Shown here one piece after another: positions 35,746 to 36,950 of a stretch of DNA of 36,950 bases (positions are counted from its first letter, which is position 1; the number at the start of each line of letters is the position of its first letter). The DNA comes from a virus. Its lineage: Duplodnaviria; Caudoviricetes. Below the pieces are notes generated by a model, which saw nothing but the letters and a program-made list of their open reading frames with translations, had not been told where the DNA came from and made no database searches. The translations under genes were made by a program, and so were the position numbers. The stretch covers positions 1-36,950 of the IMG/VR virus record IMGVR_UViG_3300022858_000223, one strand, 5' to 3'.

Positions 35746-36121
35746 ATTTCAATTCACAAGTTATACCATAGGTTTTAGCAAACTTTTCAGTTATACTTTT
35801 TCTACCTATGTTATCTTTCATAAATATCCAATGTTCTATTTTAATCATATAGAATCTCTTGCACCCTCGTTTATAGAACTGAACTACTACATATCCTGGA
35901 TCATCTACCATTGTGAAGCAATCGAATGGCTTTGGTGCAGGGTCGGAGTCGGGTAGCTTGTATGAGACGCTGTTATTGCTCAATCCTAGCTCCTGGTGAG
36001 GCTTTAGGGCGTTAAAGGGTATAAACCCCTTCTTAGTAAACTTCAGTTCAAATCGAGCTGTTTCTTTGATATTATACTTGCACCATTTGCTGAACTTTGT
36101 TTGGAAGTCTTTTTCTAACAT
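35744..36121 (-). CDS. PD-(D/E)XK nuclease, RecU-like Holliday junction resolvase
   Basis: EKDFQ, FELK, LKPHQ, KLPD..KPFDCF and RKSI motifs. Confidence 0.65.
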   Translation of the reverse strand: MLEKDFQTKFSKWCKYNIKETARFELKFTKKGFIPFNALKPHQELGLSNNSVSYKLPDSDPAPKPFDCFTMVDDPGYVVVQFYKRGCKRFYMIKIEHWIFMKDNIGRKSITEKFAKTYGITCELK

Positions 36122-36207
36122 AGGAATAATTTATAGAATAAATATATTAAACTAAGGTCTGCTATTACCCCAGCTACTATTAAAAAGTTTAGAAATCTAT
36201 CTGTCAT
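36115..36207 (-). CDS. 30-aa hydrophobic peptide
   Basis: MTDRFLNFLIVAGVIADLSLIYLFYKLFLC; overlaps both neighbours. Confidence 0.5.
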   Translation of the reverse strand: MTDRFLNFLIVAGVIADLSLIYLFYKLFLC

Positions 36208-36533
36208 AATTGTTTCTTTAGCCGTTCAGCACTATCTAAAATAAAATTAGCCATTGCGTGCATTCCAGCTTTGAAATTAACAGAATAATAATTATCGTTT
36301 ACTCCTTTTTTTTCTTTTTCGTGAATTATTTCCTCAAACTCCTCAATCAGTAGGAGGGCAAGTTCCTTTTGGGAGGTGATAAGTTTCTTTTCAGCTTCTA
36401 TTAAACACCTTCTCAAAGTTTCTTCACACCCTCTACTTTCATACCAAACTTCAGCAGCTATTTCATCTTGAATAATCTTATGTATTTTCTCAGCACTAAG
36501 TTGTATTTTTTCTGTGATGTTTAACATACTCAT
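36204..36533 (-). CDS. Hypothetical protein, paralog A
   Basis: Shares MLNITEKIQLSAE and LITSQKELA..IEEF with the next gene. Confidence 0.75.
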   Translation of the reverse strand: MSMLNITEKIQLSAEKIHKIIQDEIAAEVWYESRGCEETLRRCLIEAEKKLITSQKELALLLIEEFEEIIHEKEKKGVNDNYYSVNFKAGMHAMANFILDSAERLKKQL

Positions 36534-36850
36534 ACTTTTCCAGTTAATTTATTAACGATGCTATTTATTTCTTGGATTCGTTGGTTGTAGCCTTTTTTCC
36601 AACCGCTTCTGTGGGAATTAAGTTTAAAATGTCCTTTATCTTCCTCCCCAACAAACTCCTCAATAATAGAATTGGCAAGTTCCTTTTGGGAGGTGATGAG
36701 GAAGTCTTTAAAGTTTTTAGCTTCAAATTCTTCAAATTCTCTTGGAAAATCACCAATAACTTTATTATTTCTTAGACGATAAACTTCCATTGGAAATTCT
36801 TTATCAAAAGCCTCAGCACTAAGTTGTATTTTTTCTGTGATGTTTAACAT
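36530..36850 (-). CDS. Hypothetical protein, paralog B
   Basis: Same shared blocks; GWKKGYNQRIQEI motif. Confidence 0.75.
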   Translation of the reverse strand: MLNITEKIQLSAEAFDKEFPMEVYRLRNNKVIGDFPREFEEFEAKNFKDFLITSQKELANSIIEEFVGEEDKGHFKLNSHRSGWKKGYNQRIQEINSIVNKLTGKV

Positions 36851-36855
36851 AGGGG

Positions 36856-36950
36856 TTAAATTTTATCACTCAATAATCCTTTTATCTCATCTAATTCTTT
36901 TGAATACTGATGAGAATAAGCACTTGGCTCTACAATCTTAATAATAAGAA
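36856..36950 (-). CDS. 3' part of a 38-aa ORF that begins at position 22 if the genome is circular
   Basis: Joined translation MTTYEIIFLIIKIVEPSAYSHQYSKELDEIKGLLSDKI-stop. Confidence 0.55.
   Translation of the reverse strand, partial: LIIKIVEPSAYSHQYSKELDEIKGLLSDKI

Larger units (their letters stand above)
1..36950. mobile_element. Tailed bacteriophage genome, podovirus-like, probably complete and circular
   Basis: TerL, portal, scaffold, capsid, tail and ejection genes are in canonical order, plus a replication arm. No host housekeeping genes, integrase or tape-measure gene seen. A minus-strand ORF reads in frame across the window ends. Confidence 0.95.

Noticed and set aside
43-36775. Numerous antisense and alternate-frame ORFs in the track (e.g. 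2680..3165, 8607..8954, 14498..14845, 24463..24867, 27255..27626)
   Set aside because: Shadows of well-supported genes with no recognisable motifs.
36907-36915. CTGATGAG hammerhead-like core on the + strand (similar hits at 14281 and 18639)
   Set aside because: No stem II/GAAA partner; lies within coding sequence.
1-36950. Stop-codon reassignment, tRNA genes, integrase, DGR or introns/inteins
   Set aside because: Genes are intact in code 11 and TAA, TAG and TGA all occur as stops. No cloverleaf, recombinase, reverse transcriptase or interrupted core gene was recognised by eye.

Overview
The window appears to be a complete, probably circular, ~36.95 kb AT-rich tailed-phage genome (Caudoviricetes, podovirus-like gene set). 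There are two divergent arms. The minus-strand early/replication arm (35744..36950 continuing into 1..7987) encodes a PrimPol-helicase, an internally deleted DNA MTase, a Cro-like HTH, SSB, a SNF2-like helicase, an HEXXH protein, a 3D-domain protein, an Sm-like protein and a RecU-like nuclease. The plus-strand late arm (8617..35696) encodes terminase, portal, scaffold, capsid, adaptor, nozzle, fibres, ejection proteins, a giant signal-peptide-bearing fibre/adhesin and lysis genes. An iteron-rich putative origin and canonical sigma70 promoters separate the arms. Genes lack Shine-Dalgarno motifs; a Patescibacteria (CPR) host is inferred but unproven. The main finding is an RNA-centred cassette at ~595..1552: an Sm/LSm-like gene, an unannotated (W/R/G)-Ser dipeptide-repeat peptide resembling an RS domain, an RNA carrying anti-SD motifs and a consensus hammerhead ribozyme. 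Further candidates are a repeat-delimited structured-RNA array with sequestered SDs before the lysis genes, an antisense/leader-peptide switch on the replicase, signal-peptide-bearing virion-module proteins and a segment-rearranged papain-like lysin. All protein calls are from motif recognition by eye; no searches were run.
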